The notes beneath the pieces are model-generated. The model was not told where the DNA came from, did no database searches, and saw only the letters and a program-made list of their open reading frames with translations. The position numbers and the translations under genes were made by a program. From a virus (taxonomy: Duplodnaviria; Caudoviricetes): a stretch of 31,029 nucleotides of DNA. Numbering within the stretch: the first letter of the stretch is position 1; the number at the start of each line of letters is the position of its first letter. Shown here one piece after another: positions 17,512 to 26,216 of the stretch. The stretch lies in the IMG/VR virus record IMGVR_UViG_3300038406_000323, positions 1 to 31,029 of that record. One strand, written 5' to 3'.

Positions 17512-18375
17512 ATGCCGCTGGCCGAGGGGCAGGTGCAGGTGCGGGACCTGGTGATGGGCCCGGGCACCTCCTACCGGTTTGTCACCCACTTCAACCCATT
17601 CGTCCGGTCGGTCGCGGCAGGTCAGGGTGGGCCGCGGGCGTGGAGCCACGGTTCCTGGTCGGGGGCGGAGTGGGCGGCTGAGGCCGTGGTACCCATGCGG
17701 ATCGTCATCCTGGGCACGGGCACAGCAGATTACGTCACGCTGCAGCAGGCTCTATCCGCGGCGTTCTCGCCGGTGGGTGACTCACCCGGGAACGTGGATC
17801 TGCAGTTCGTTATCGGTGGTGTGGGGTACCTGATGCGTGGCCGTCCCCGGCTGGTTGAGCCGGACCGTCGGCTGCAGAGTGGCACCACGTGGGCCAATCT
17901 CGGGTTCGTGGCCCAGGACCCACGGATCTACTCCGGCGCCGAGTCGACCGCAGCAACAAGGCTGACCCAGTTCGCCGGTGGCCTATCCGCCCCGCTGACC
18001 GTGCCGTTCACCGTGGGTGGCACCCTGTCCGGCGGGTTCGCCAGCCTGGTCAACGCCGGGACGGTGGCAACCGGGATGAACATGCGAATCGACGGGCCAT
18101 TGGACACACCCCGGCTGGTTTTGCAGGCGCCGGACGGAACCAGCACCCAACTGCAGTTCGATTTGGAGTTGGCCGCCGACCAGTGGCTGGACGTGGACAG
18201 CGTGGCCCGTACCGCGCTACTCAACGGGCTGCCGGGAAGCAACCAGTTCGGGCTGGCCACGTGGGGCTGGGATCAGCATCCGCTGCCGTCGGGAACGAGC
18301 ACGCTCAGGTTCTTCGCGGACCGTTTCGAGGCTGGGGCATTGGCGACTGCTACTTGGCGGTCGGCATGGTGGTAA
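17512..18375 (+). CDS. Distal tail protein (Dit-like)
   Basis: First gene after tape measure; FVAQDPRIY, VNAGT and a WRSAWW end. Confidence 0.8.
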   Translation: MPLAEGQVQVRDLVMGPGTSYRFVTHFNPFVRSVAAGQGGPRAWSHGSWSGAEWAAEAVVPMRIVILGTGTADYVTLQQALSAAFSPVGDSPGNVDLQFVIGGVGYLMRGRPRLVEPDRRLQSGTTWANLGFVAQDPRIYSGAESTAATRLTQFAGGLSAPLTVPFTVGGTLSGGFASLVNAGTVATGMNMRIDGPLDTPRLVLQAPDGTSTQLQFDLELAADQWLDVDSVARTALLNGLPGSNQFGLATWGWDQHPLPSGTSTLRFFADRFEAGALATATWRSAWW

Positions 18376-18385
18376 GGAGGATGTG

Positions 18386-19912
18386 GTGACGGATCCGCTG
18401 TGGGTCAACGCCGGCAAGGCGGGCACGGCCGTGGGTACGGCGACGATCGCCGAAAGCACCGACCTGTTCACCATCACGGGCCATGGCCTGGCCGACGGTG
18501 ACACGGTCAGCGTGGACACCCTGACCGGCGGTGCGGTCGGGGTGCTCGTAGCCGATGCCGTGTACTTCGTCCGCGACTCGCTGACCAACACGTTCGCTCT
18601 GAGCTTGACGGCGCACGGCGCGCCGGTGCTGTTCTCCGTCGACGGTGGGGCCGCCGTGTACCGGTGGCAGCCGCAGTACCACGCGCAGGAGTTACGCCGG
18701 TCCACCGCCGCCTGGTTGTGGGCGGGGGTGACCTCCGAGTTCGGTGCCCGGCCGGGTGTCCGCGCGCATGCCACCGACCCGATCTCTGTGGCCGGCACAA
18801 CGTGGACGGTGCACGACCTGACCGCGGTGGTCGCCGGGGCCGGGTCTGGCCCATACATTGTTGCGGTGTCGGAGCAGTCCGCCAGCCTGGACCCGGCTGA
18901 CGGCAGCAACCCGCGTATCGACGGGTTGGACCTGCTCATCGAGGACGACGACGAGGACGCATCCGGTGACCGGCAGGCCACCGTGGTCTACGTCCCGGGC
19001 TCGCCGGCATCGTCTCCCACGGCCCCGGCGGTGACCACGAATGCGTTGCGGTTGGGCACCATCCTGGTGCCGGCGGCCGGGTCCCCAGTTCCGAGCGTGG
19101 CCACGTTGGGGTCGATGTCCGCCGCTGCGGGTGGTATCCCGCCGTTGCGGGATGAGGAGACCAAGCCAACTGCTGGTGTGCGGGAGGGCATGTACCTCGA
19201 CCAGGACGCCGCGCTGCAGCGGCGTGGCACGTCGGCGTGGGTGCCAGTCGCGTCGCCGAGCAGCCCGACCACGGTAGTCATCACCGCCAGTGGGGCGTTC
19301 ACGAAGGCGACTTTCCCGTGGGCGCACCGATACCGGGCGCATATCAAGGGCGGCGGTGGTTCCGGTGGTGCCGTCGAAGCTACCGGGGTGGGTGAGCACG
19401 CCGAGGGCGGCGGCGGTGGTGAGGGCGAATATGCGCAGATCTCCGGTAACGTTGCGGATCTGCCCACGTCGGTGACGGTGACGATCGGCGCTGGTGGGGC
19501 CGCGGCCACCGCTGGTGCCAACAACGGCAACGCCGGGGGCACCACCACGTGGGCAAGTGCGTCGACGGTGACCGTGGTAGGTGGCGACGGTGGCAACGCC
19601 GGAACGGCCGAAACAACAAGCGTGCTCAGCGGTGGGGGCAACGGTGGCACCGGTGGCACCGGCACGGCCGACCTGCGGATCCCGGGCTGCGACGGTGGCA
19701 ACGGACGCGTCATCGGCGGGTCGATGACCAAGACCGGGTCCGGCGGTGGCACCACCCTTTCGTCGATCGCGTCGTCGCGAACGGTGTCCTCCACCGGTGA
19801 GGCCGGCCACGCATACGGCGGCGGCAGCGCCGGTGCGTCCAACGGGGAGTCTCAGGCGGCACGTGCGTCCCTAGCCGGCGCTGCCGGCGCGGTGATCGTC
19901 GAGTTGTACTGA
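18386..19912 (+). CDS. Minor tail protein with glycine-rich C-terminal domain
   Basis: AAGGAGG RBS; NPRID motif; GGGGSGG...VTVTIGAGG...GAAGAVIVELY glycine-rich domain. ORF track opens at 18383. Confidence 0.8.
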   Translation: MTDPLWVNAGKAGTAVGTATIAESTDLFTITGHGLADGDTVSVDTLTGGAVGVLVADAVYFVRDSLTNTFALSLTAHGAPVLFSVDGGAAVYRWQPQYHAQELRRSTAAWLWAGVTSEFGARPGVRAHATDPISVAGTTWTVHDLTAVVAGAGSGPYIVAVSEQSASLDPADGSNPRIDGLDLLIEDDDEDASGDRQATVVYVPGSPASSPTAPAVTTNALRLGTILVPAAGSPVPSVATLGSMSAAAGGIPPLRDEETKPTAGVREGMYLDQDAALQRRGTSAWVPVASPSSPTTVVITASGAFTKATFPWAHRYRAHIKGGGGSGGAVEATGVGEHAEGGGGGEGEYAQISGNVADLPTSVTVTIGAGGAAATAGANNGNAGGTTTWASASTVTVVGGDGGNAGTAETTSVLSGGGNGGTGGTGTADLRIPGCDGGNGRVIGGSMTKTGSGGGTTLSSIASSRTVSSTGEAGHAYGGGSAGASNGESQAARASLAGAAGAVIVELY

Positions 19913-22101
19913 TGGTGTTCGCCACGCTGGATGAGGAGACCACCCGGGTCGACGCGATGGTTGCCACCGGACGGGTGGCTGTGACCGTGCTCGGCACCAC
20001 AGTGGGTGGGCATCCGGTGCGGCTGCTACGAGTCGGCGACCCGCCGCCGGAGGCAACGGCCCAGGCGATCGTCCTGGTAACTGGCACCCAGCACGGCAAT
20101 GAGGTCGCCGGCCGTGAGGCGATTATCGAGTTGGCCGAGGACCTGGCCGTGACCACCGACCCGGACCTGCTGGCGGTGCTGCAGAGCCACGGTGTGCTGC
20201 TCATGCCGACGTGCAACCCGGACGGCGTGGAGGTGCTGCAGCGGGACAACCTGCAGGGTATCGACATCAATCGCGACCACCTCCAGCTACGCAGCGTGGA
20301 GGCGCAGGCGATCGCCACCGTGCTGCACGATGCCCGTCCAGGGCTGGTGGTCGACCTTCACGAGGGCGGTGTCGCCGAGAACGCGCAGCTGCTCGGGCCG
20401 ACCAACGTGCAGGTCGACCCGCTGATCGCTGCCCGGTCGGTCAACGCCGTGAACGCGATCCGGTTGCATTTCGACGCGTTGGGTATGACCACGGGTGACT
20501 GGCCCGGCGCGGACACGGAGACGATCCTACGTAATCGTGCAGGGCTGGGTAACATGCCCAGTCTGGTCGCAGAATGCGACTCGGGTGGTACGACGGAATC
20601 GGAGCGGATCGACCAGGCGCGGGCGGTCGCCGACGCGTCCCTCACATACGCCCGGCTGAATGCGGACGCGCTGCTCGCCGACGCGGCGACGGCGGCGGAG
20701 TCCCGCACAGCGGTCGGCGTCGCTGCGTCGGCGCCGTTCAGCCTGCGGGTGGCCACGTTGGATCCGCCACCCGTCGGCTACCAATTGTCGTCCGCACAGC
20801 TGGCCGCCACGGTACTGCACCGGTCGATGTTCGGCGTGACCGCTGCGGGTGGTGTGCTGGCCATGGGGCAGCCGGCGCAGCCGCTGATCCCTTTCTTTGC
20901 CGACCCCGACGCCGAGTTCGGGGTGGTCGACGGTGTGCGGCTGTTCGCTGCCAGCTTGGCCGGCGGAGCGCAGGTGGCACAGGCGCAGGTACGGGCCGTG
21001 ATCACCTGGCTGGCGTGTGATGTGGTCACCGGCCGGCGTATCGCAGAACTGCCCGACATCACCGGGCAGGTGTCGCGGGTGTTGTGCGCCTACACCCAGT
21101 CTGCGCTGTCTCTGCCCGCCCCAACCGGTGGCCCGGGGCATCTACCGATCGGCCTGCTGGAGCGTGCCACCCAACCCATCCGCACCATGATCGTCCTGGT
21201 CGTCAACGACGTCCCGTCCTGGGCCGGCTGGGTGAAAGACCGGATCCGCGGATCTGACGCCACCTGGTCCTTGCCATGCGTGACCTTGGAGGCCTACTAC
21301 CGGGCCCGGCGGATCCGCGACCACACGTACACCGGGGAGGACGAGGCGGTGATCGCCGCCGGATTGGCCGCCGACGCCGGAGACATCGCAGGTGTGGGAC
21401 TGGGCATCCCGATCACAGTTGATGCGGTGGCCACCGGAGTGTCCCGGGACCGTACATACCTGCTATCGGACCGCCAGACCGTCTACGACGGGCTCAGTGA
21501 GTTGGCCGGGGTGGGCCTTGAGTGGACGGTGGACCTGGACTGGCAGGACAACCGCCACCAAGTGGTCACCCGGCATCTACGCATCCGCCATCGGATCGGC
21601 CGGGCCGCGGCCGTCCCCACGGCCCGGTTCGCCACCCGGTCCAGCTCGGAGACCACCTACGAGTTGGCGGAGGACCACACCGAAGGCCGTTACGCCAACT
21701 TCGTGGTGGCCTACGCCCCTGGTGAGGGTGAGGACCAACTGGTATCCGACCCAGCCGTCGACCTGACGGCGCTGGCCACCGGCATACCGATCGTCGAGCT
21801 GCATTGGCAGCCGTCGTCCAGCATCGTCGACACGGACACCCTGGACGACCACGCCACATCCCGGCTTGCCCGGTCCCGCAACGGGGCGCTCACCTGGCAC
21901 CTGTCGGGCAGGTGGGACCAGCCGCCCCGACTGAACGTCGACTGGGCGTTGGGTGATGACATCGGGTGGGACCTGATCGGCCACGGCCACCCGGCCGGGG
22001 TAACAGGCGTCGGCCGTGCCATCGGCTGGGACTTCGACCCGAGTAGTGGGCTGGCGTCGCCGATTCTGCTCGACCCGGCCAGCGACCCGGAGGTGTCATG
22101 A
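19912..22101 (+). CDS. M14-family zinc carboxypeptidase domain fused to Tal/baseplate-hub-like tail protein
   Basis: QHGNE, NPDG, DINRD, VDLHE and a downstream Glu in LVAE; the C-terminal ~375 aa (WLACDVVTGRRIAELP...WALGDDI) resembles siphophage hub proteins. Confidence 0.82.
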   Translation: MVFATLDEETTRVDAMVATGRVAVTVLGTTVGGHPVRLLRVGDPPPEATAQAIVLVTGTQHGNEVAGREAIIELAEDLAVTTDPDLLAVLQSHGVLLMPTCNPDGVEVLQRDNLQGIDINRDHLQLRSVEAQAIATVLHDARPGLVVDLHEGGVAENAQLLGPTNVQVDPLIAARSVNAVNAIRLHFDALGMTTGDWPGADTETILRNRAGLGNMPSLVAECDSGGTTESERIDQARAVADASLTYARLNADALLADAATAAESRTAVGVAASAPFSLRVATLDPPPVGYQLSSAQLAATVLHRSMFGVTAAGGVLAMGQPAQPLIPFFADPDAEFGVVDGVRLFAASLAGGAQVAQAQVRAVITWLACDVVTGRRIAELPDITGQVSRVLCAYTQSALSLPAPTGGPGHLPIGLLERATQPIRTMIVLVVNDVPSWAGWVKDRIRGSDATWSLPCVTLEAYYRARRIRDHTYTGEDEAVIAAGLAADAGDIAGVGLGIPITVDAVATGVSRDRTYLLSDRQTVYDGLSELAGVGLEWTVDLDWQDNRHQVVTRHLRIRHRIGRAAAVPTARFATRSSSETTYELAEDHTEGRYANFVVAYAPGEGEDQLVSDPAVDLTALATGIPIVELHWQPSSSIVDTDTLDDHATSRLARSRNGALTWHLSGRWDQPPRLNVDWALGDDIGWDLIGHGHPAGVTGVGRAIGWDFDPSSGLASPILLDPASDPEVS

Positions 22102-23087
22102 GCAACCTGGCCGACCCGGCGTTCTCCCGTGGCGACCTGATGCGCCGGCTCACCGTCGTCGAGGACCGGATCCGGCAGCTCGAGACCGCCCGCAGGTTGG
22201 AGGCCGCCACCATCGGCCGCGGCGGCATCAACGTCCGCGGCGGTTCGATCGTGATCATGGACGCCGCCGGTGCGGAGACGATGCGCCTGTCCACCGCCGG
22301 GTTGACCTTGACCGGCATCCTGCGCGTGCTCGGCGAGATCCAGGTGACCGGTCAGTCGATCGTGGTGTTCGACCCGGGCGGGCAGGAGATCTTCCGGGCC
22401 GGTTCCGACGGCCTGTCGCTACGTGGGGTGCTGGACGTTCTGGGCAGCATCCAGGTTGCAGGTGGCGGGGACATCACAGTCACCGATGGCAGACTGGTCG
22501 CCCGGGACGGGTCCGGTGATGTGTTCCGCGTCGACCCCGGTGTGCCCGAGATTTTCATGCGGAAAGCACTGCTGAGCGATCTCGTGAATGAGATCGTGGA
22601 GGAGTTGCTGACCAGCGCGGCCGGGATCGAGCTGGCGCAGTTTGTGAATGCGCAACTCATCCAGACAGCCGTATCCGCCGGGCAGACGACCACATCTTCA
22701 ACCACCTTCGGCGACGGTTCATCCGCCGGCCCTCAAGTGACCGGTGTCCAGATCACCAGCACCGGCCGGTGCCTGGTGCTTTGGGGTGCGAGTATCGACG
22801 CCGGCCCGCGGACCGACGGCGGACAGATTGGTGCGAACATGTCGGTAGCCATCTCCGGAGCAACGACCATTGCGGCGGACATAACCCGTACCTACCAACT
22901 GTCCCAGTCGGTGACTGTCACCGGTGCGACCTCCTGGTCGCACCGGATTGGCGGCCGGGCGTTGACCGGGCATCTGTTCGAAGGTCTAAACGCTGGCACG
23001 CACACGATCAGCGGAAAGTACGCCACTGGGGTATCCGGTGAGACGGTGGCTTTCGCCAACCGGCTCATCATTGCCATCGCTTACTGA
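22098..23087 (+). CDS. Minor tail protein (N-terminal coiled coil, beta-rich body)
   Basis: DLMRRLTVVEDRIRQLETARR coiled coil; ATGA coupling; last tail gene. Confidence 0.78.
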   Translation: MSNLADPAFSRGDLMRRLTVVEDRIRQLETARRLEAATIGRGGINVRGGSIVIMDAAGAETMRLSTAGLTLTGILRVLGEIQVTGQSIVVFDPGGQEIFRAGSDGLSLRGVLDVLGSIQVAGGGDITVTDGRLVARDGSGDVFRVDPGVPEIFMRKALLSDLVNEIVEELLTSAAGIELAQFVNAQLIQTAVSAGQTTTSSTTFGDGSSAGPQVTGVQITSTGRCLVLWGASIDAGPRTDGGQIGANMSVAISGATTIAADITRTYQLSQSVTVTGATSWSHRIGGRALTGHLFEGLNAGTHTISGKYATGVSGETVAFANRLIIAIAY

Positions 23088-23431
23088 CCGGGGCACAGAT
23101 ACCGGACGGCCGCCTCGGCCTGCTCACGCTCCCACGGCTCGGCGATGTACCCCTCCAGCCCAGCCAGGCCATCACGGTTCAGGCCGTAGAGGTCGATACG
23201 CCAGCACATGTCGTATCCGCCATCGATGGACGCATCGACGTAGACCCACTCCACGCCGTGGATTTCGCGCATGGCCTCCGCGTAGGCCAACTCGTTGAGG
23301 GTGTGTGGCTGGACCGGGGCACCGGGGTGCGATGGGGTCGGGGCTGGGGCCGGCATGTAGGCCAGCCAGGCGGTGACGGCCAGGAGGATAACGGTAAGCA
23401 CGATCGCGCGCCGGGTAGTGTAACGGCTCAT
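23081..23431 (-). CDS. Membrane-anchored/secreted protein, DUF732-like
   Basis: GGAGG RBS; N-terminal hydrophobic helix, Pro linker, paired cysteines in GYDMC...AAVRYLCP. Confidence 0.65.
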   Translation of the reverse strand: MSRYTTRRAIVLTVILLAVTAWLAYMPAPAPTPSHPGAPVQPHTLNELAYAEAMREIHGVEWVYVDASIDGGYDMCWRIDLYGLNRDGLAGLEGYIAEPWEREQAEAAVRYLCPGQ

Positions 23432-23519
23432 GGGGATTACCTCCAGTCAGGTGGTCTCCTAGGCCCCGTCGGCGATGCCAGTCGCCCGGCGGGGCCGCTT
23501 CCGTTTCCAGTGTGCACCA

Positions 23520-23554
23520 TGGCCGTAGAATGTGCATCATCCGATAGGAGTCTT
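23520..23554 (+). promoter_or_regulatory. Putative lysis-cassette promoter
   Basis: TAGAAT at 23526-23531 and AGGAG RBS before ATG 23555. Confidence 0.5.
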
Positions 23555-24442
23555 ATGGCACCGACGATCGTCACAAGATCACAGTGGGGCGCCCGGGCAC
23601 CCAAGGGCAGCATCTCCACCACCACCTGGGGGCAGCGGGCGGGCGTGGCCATCCACCACTCCGCCGGTCCCACCACCCAAACCGTCCGCGCCATCCAGGA
23701 CTACCAGATGGACTCGAATGGCTGGGTAGACATCGGATACAACTTTTTGGCCACACAGGACGGCCGATTGTGGGAGGGCCGGCAAGGCACCTGGTCGGCC
23801 ATCGGCGCCCACGCCGCCAACCAGAACACCGCCTGGGTCGGGGTGTGCTGGATCGGCACGTCCGGCTCGACCGCCCCCACGGCCGCGGCGCTGTCCACGC
23901 TGCGCTGGGTGTGGGAAGAGGCGCAGCGTCGCGCCGGCCGGCGGCTGCTGGTCTCCGGCCACGGGCAACTACCCGGGCAGGCCACCGAATGCCCCGGCTC
24001 CCGCCTGCGGGCGTGGATCGCAGCCGGGCTACCAACAGAGGAGGACGGGGACATGCCAACAGCAGACGAGATCGCTCTAGCGGTCGCGGAACGGCTCAAG
24101 ATCCATGTGGACGGGGATGTGTGGGCCGGGCAGGGCACCGGCCGGCTCGCCCACGGCGACTACGGCATCGCGGTCGGCGCCCGCAACGGCTGGGCCTACG
24201 GCAAGGTCGTCTTGGCCGAGGTCAAGGCCGCGCGGGCCGAGAACGCGGCAATCCTCGCCGCGGTGGCCGGGCAGGACGTGGCGGCTGCGGTCGCCGCCGA
24301 GTTGGCAAAGCATGACCAGGCGGTGGCGGCACAGCTGGCCGAGCTGCCGGCCGCGCTGGCCGCTGCGGTGCCAGGCGCCACTGCCGCGCAGGTGGAGGCC
24401 GCGCTGCGTACCGTGCTCGGCGGAGTCGATGAACCCCGGTGA
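23555..24442 (+). CDS. Endolysin, N-acetylmuramoyl-L-alanine amidase (Amidase_2/PGRP-like)
   Basis: IVTRSQWGA, AIHHSAG, DIGYNF, GAHA, GHGQ and TECPG zinc-amidase motifs; Ala-rich helical C-terminal domain. Confidence 0.92.
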   Translation: MAPTIVTRSQWGARAPKGSISTTTWGQRAGVAIHHSAGPTTQTVRAIQDYQMDSNGWVDIGYNFLATQDGRLWEGRQGTWSAIGAHAANQNTAWVGVCWIGTSGSTAPTAAALSTLRWVWEEAQRRAGRRLLVSGHGQLPGQATECPGSRLRAWIAAGLPTEEDGDMPTADEIALAVAERLKIHVDGDVWAGQGTGRLAHGDYGIAVGARNGWAYGKVVLAEVKAARAENAAILAAVAGQDVAAAVAAELAKHDQAVAAQLAELPAALAAAVPGATAAQVEAALRTVLGGVDEPR

Positions 24443-24690
24443 GCCGATCATTGCGCGACGGCATGGTTGTGGTCGCCGCACAAGGCCTGGCCATTTTCGA
24501 GATCACGCTCGGCGGGGCCCGGCCGGCCGTGCTCAGCTTTCTGGGCGCGATCCTGCTCAGCCCGATCTTCATGCGAATCGACGAAGCGAGACGAGGTAGC
24601 CATGGTGCTACAAACGGTCAGGCAGTACGCGTTCACGACGACGTGGCTGGTCCTGGGGCTGGGTCTGGCCCTGCTGGCGGCGGTGGTTGA
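24439..24690 (+). CDS. Lysis-cassette membrane protein (about 2 TM)
   Basis: GTGA overlap with the endolysin stop; two hydrophobic segments. Confidence 0.65.
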   Translation: MSRSLRDGMVVVAAQGLAIFEITLGGARPAVLSFLGAILLSPIFMRIDEARRGSHGATNGQAVRVHDDVAGPGAGSGPAGGGG

Positions 24691-24694
24691 CTGA
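24602..24694 (+). CDS. 30-aa single-TM peptide MVLQTVRQYAFTTTWLVLGLGLALLAAVVD
   Basis: GAGGT RBS before ATG 24602; TGATG coupling to the next gene; overlaps the previous ORF's low-complexity tail. Confidence 0.55.
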   Translation: MVLQTVRQYAFTTTWLVLGLGLALLAAVVD

Positions 24695-25038
24695 TGTTCC
24701 GCTGGTTGCGGGACCGTCCGCTGTTCGCCGCGCTGCTGATGCTGGCGGTGGTGGCCGTACCCGGGTTCCTACGCGTGGAAGCTGTCGCCCGGCAACAGAG
24801 CGAGATCATCACCTGCGTGCAAGCGTGGGGCGATGCCACCGTGGCCCGCACCGCCCTGCTCGGCGGGCTGGCCCAGGCCCGCGCGGACGCCCTGGACGAG
24901 CTGGTCCGCGCCGTCGCGAAGCAGGACGAGCAACAGTTCGCCGCGGCGCTGGCCGCCTACCTGGCCGCCAGCGATGAGTACCGCACGGCGCTGGCGGAGC
25001 ATCCGGTGCCGGAGCCGCCGAGCCTACGATGCGACTGA
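24694..25038 (+). CDS. Single-TM lysis-cassette protein with helical ectodomain and two Cys
   Basis: N-terminal TM segment, Ala-rich helices, ends PVPEPPSLRCD. Confidence 0.7.
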   Translation: MFRWLRDRPLFAALLMLAVVAVPGFLRVEAVARQQSEIITCVQAWGDATVARTALLGGLAQARADALDELVRAVAKQDEQQFAAALAAYLAASDEYRTALAEHPVPEPPSLRCD

Positions 25039-25051
25039 GAGGACCAAGATC

Positions 25052-25240
25052 ATGGCACGTGTACGGAAGCTGGTAGCGGCAATCCTGGGCGGGCTGACCG
25101 CCACCGCAGTGGTCGGCGTCGCCCACCTGGCCGGGGTCGAGCTGGCACCGGAGGTGGCCGGGCTGGCGGTGCTGGTCGCCGCCTCGTTGGCCACGTATGT
25201 CTCACCGGCCAACGCCACCGAGCCGGCGGACCAGCCGTGA
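25052..25240 (+). CDS. Holin-like protein (2 TM)
   Basis: GAGAGG RBS; RKLVAAILGG...LATYVSPAN pattern resembles small actinophage holins. Confidence 0.7.
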   Translation: MARVRKLVAAILGGLTATAVVGVAHLAGVELAPEVAGLAVLVAASLATYVSPANATEPADQP

Positions 25241-25485
25241 GCGAGAAGACGTGTTGCCAGGGTGCCGTGGCTGACCTGCAAAGGATGATGAGTCATCTCG
25301 CAGAGGCGGCCGAGCAGCATGCCGACCGGGACGGGCTGACCGGAGTACGCCGAGCGGTGTTCCTGGCGCGCGGTGGCCACGAGCCGGGTGACACATGCCC
25401 GACTGAGCCGGTAGTGGAGCCGGACCCGCACGCCTACTGGTGTGCCGACCCGGACGAGCCGTGCAGCTGCGGAGTGGCGGACTGA
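25237..25485 (+). CDS. Hypothetical Cys/His-rich protein
   Basis: GTGA coupling; CC, H..C and HAYWC...CSC. Confidence 0.55.
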   Translation: MSEKTCCQGAVADLQRMMSHLAEAAEQHADRDGLTGVRRAVFLARGGHEPGDTCPTEPVVEPDPHAYWCADPDEPCSCGVAD

Positions 25486-25751
25486 TGACCGACCCGGGCT
25501 GGCTCACGTGGGTTTGGACGGCGTGGTTGATCCTGCTGGCCGGCGGGTTCGTCGCCGCGGAGACGGTCGCCCTGCTGCACCGCGGCCGGGGTGGCACGCT
25601 GACCGAGTGGACCAAGCGGCACCTCGGGGTGTATCCGCTGCGGCCGCGCCGGAAGTGGACGGTGGCCACGTTCACCACCGCGCTGGTGGTGCTCACGGTG
25701 TTTCTGGTTCCGCACATGACGCATTGGCCGTGGCGCTGGTTTTGGGAGTGA
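25485..25751 (+). CDS. Trp-rich membrane protein (2 TM)
   Basis: TGATG coupling; WLTWVWTAWLILL...GGTLTEW...FLVPH. Confidence 0.7.
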   Translation: MTDPGWLTWVWTAWLILLAGGFVAAETVALLHRGRGGTLTEWTKRHLGVYPLRPRRKWTVATFTTALVVLTVFLVPHMTHWPWRWFWE

Positions 25752-25829
25752 CGTGGCCGTGGGAGCGTGCCCATAGTCGGAAACCCGACAAGATCGACTA
25801 GACGTTACTCGGGTAGGTGCAGTGGGTGG

Positions 25830-25873
25830 GAGCCCGGCCGGGAAGGGGAATGGTGGCCCTCCCGGCCGGGCTC
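25830..25873 (+). terminator. Stem-loop ending the late/lysis operon
   Basis: GAGCCCGGCCGGGA and TCCCGGCCGGGCTC form a perfect 14-bp stem. Confidence 0.65.
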
Positions 25874-25919
25874 AATCGCTGCGATAATGGAGGCTCAAGC
25901 CAAAACGAGAAGAGGCACC

Positions 25920-26138
25920 ATGCGTATCAAGATCTTCACCGCAATCGCGGTGGGGCTGCTCTTCGTCGCCGGGCTCGCCACCCCGGCGCACGCCGACCCG
26001 ATCACCTGCCCACCCGGGCAGGTGGGCGCCCTCAACCCGAGCGGCGGCGGGTGGACGTGCGTCAACAACGGCGGCAACACGAACAACAGCGAGGACCCGC
26101 GCCCGCCGAACGCCGACAAGGGCGACTTCCAGCCGTAA
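25920..26138 (+). CDS. Small secreted peptide with signal sequence and two Cys
   Basis: AGAGG RBS; signal peptide ending PAHA-DP; mature part TCPPGQ...WTCVNNGGNTNN; GATAAT at 25883. Confidence 0.75.
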   Translation: MRIKIFTAIAVGLLFVAGLATPAHADPITCPPGQVGALNPSGGGWTCVNNGGNTNNSEDPRPPNADKGDFQP

Positions 26139-26169
26139 GCTGGCACAGCCTGCTGTTCACGCGGGACAA

Positions 26170-26203
26170 AGCCCGGCCGAGGGAGACCTCGGCCGGGCTG
26201 TTT
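26170..26203. terminator. Bidirectional intrinsic terminator
   Basis: AGCCCGGCCGAGG-gaga-CCTCGGCCGGGCT 13-bp stem with A-rich 5' and T-rich 3' flanks, between convergent genes. Confidence 0.85.
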
Positions 26204-26216
26204 GCTGTGCGCTGGG

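Noticed and set aside
23258-23554. 99-aa N-terminal extension of the endolysin in the ORF track
   Set aside because: Overlaps the minus-strand gene and promoter; the RBS and amidase domain start at 23555.
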